This document shows positions 31,752 to 32,000 of a stretch of 32,000 nt of DNA, one piece after another; positions within the stretch are counted from its first letter, which is position 1, and each line of letters starts with the position of its first letter. Under the pieces are notes generated by a model. The model did not search any database, was not told the origin of the DNA, and worked only from the letters and a program-made list of their open reading frames with translations. A program made the position numbers and the translations under genes. Origin of the DNA: Mycolicibacterium smegmatis (GTDB lineage: Bacteria > Actinomycetota > Actinomycetes > Mycobacteriales > Mycobacteriaceae); contig NZ_LN831039.1 of NCBI RefSeq assembly GCF_001457595.1, forward strand, positions 900,001 to 932,000, in the 5' to 3' direction.

Positions 31752-32000
31752 TCGATCTGCTCGTGGCTGGCGGCGGCCCGGCCGGGCTGGCCACCGCGAT
31801 ATACGCCGCGCGCGCCGGACTGGTAACAGTCGTCGTCGAACCACGACCCGGCCCGATCGACAAGGCCTGCGGCGAAGGCCTCATGCCCCACGCCGTGCGG
31901 CAACTCGACCGCCTCGACGTCCACCCCGATGGCCGGGCGTTCCGCGGCATCCGCTACCTCGACGGCAGGCACACCGCTGAGGCACGGTTCCGCGACGGCA
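31748..32000 (+). CDS. FAD-dependent oxidoreductase (geranylgeranyl-reductase/monooxygenase-like), 5' part only
   Basis: Not in the ORF track because it is open at the window edge. ATG 31748 overlaps the methyltransferase stop (ATGA). It reads MIDLLVAGGGPAGLATAIYAARAGLVTVVVEPRPGPIDKACGEGLMPHAV…, with a GxGxxG FAD fold and the CGEG motif. Confidence 0.8.
   Translation, partial: MIDLLVAGGGPAGLATAIYAARAGLVTVVVEPRPGPIDKACGEGLMPHAVRQLDRLDVHPDGRAFRGIRYLDGRHTAEARFRDG

Overview
High-GC (about 70%; 42 of 60 G+C at 12001-12060) actinobacterial chromosome. Gene order matches the mycobacterial pta-ackA / pknG-glnH-glnX / mutT3 / thiE / thiO-thiS-thiG / lpqL neighbourhood (M. tuberculosis Rv0408-Rv0418 equivalent). 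The protein sequences look like a fast-growing, M. smegmatis-like mycobacterium. Left to right: (1) two divergent operons, APH-fold kinase-SDR-GntR on the minus strand and APC permease-class-III aminotransferase-pta-ackA on the plus strand. (2) A DUF559-type endonuclease-like gene between the convergent ackA and pknG, bracketed by copies of an 82-bp repeat. (3) glnX-glnH-pknG, with a 33-bp in-frame tandem repeat filling the glnX/glnH junction. (4) A Nudix gene (mutT3), thiE, and a TPP riboswitch driving thiO-thiS-thiG. (5) An SGNH hydrolase and an ABC-2 exporter. (6) A compositionally deviant accessory island of about 6.3 kb (20.76-27.04 kb). It encodes a 790-aa protein with an EspA/EspE-like WxG N-terminal domain, a lipoprotein-like ORF, a heavily decayed proline-rich membrane-protein gene containing an AT-rich trough, and an ORF with an EspK-like C-terminal domain. 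All of this lies outside any ESX locus. (7) Two tandem M28/PA-domain aminopeptidase lipoproteins (LpqL-like). (8) A type III polyketide synthase-methyltransferase-FAD oxidoreductase operon. I saw no rRNA, tRNA, CRISPR array or transposase. Family assignments rest on motifs read by eye and on remembered homologues. No database search was run.
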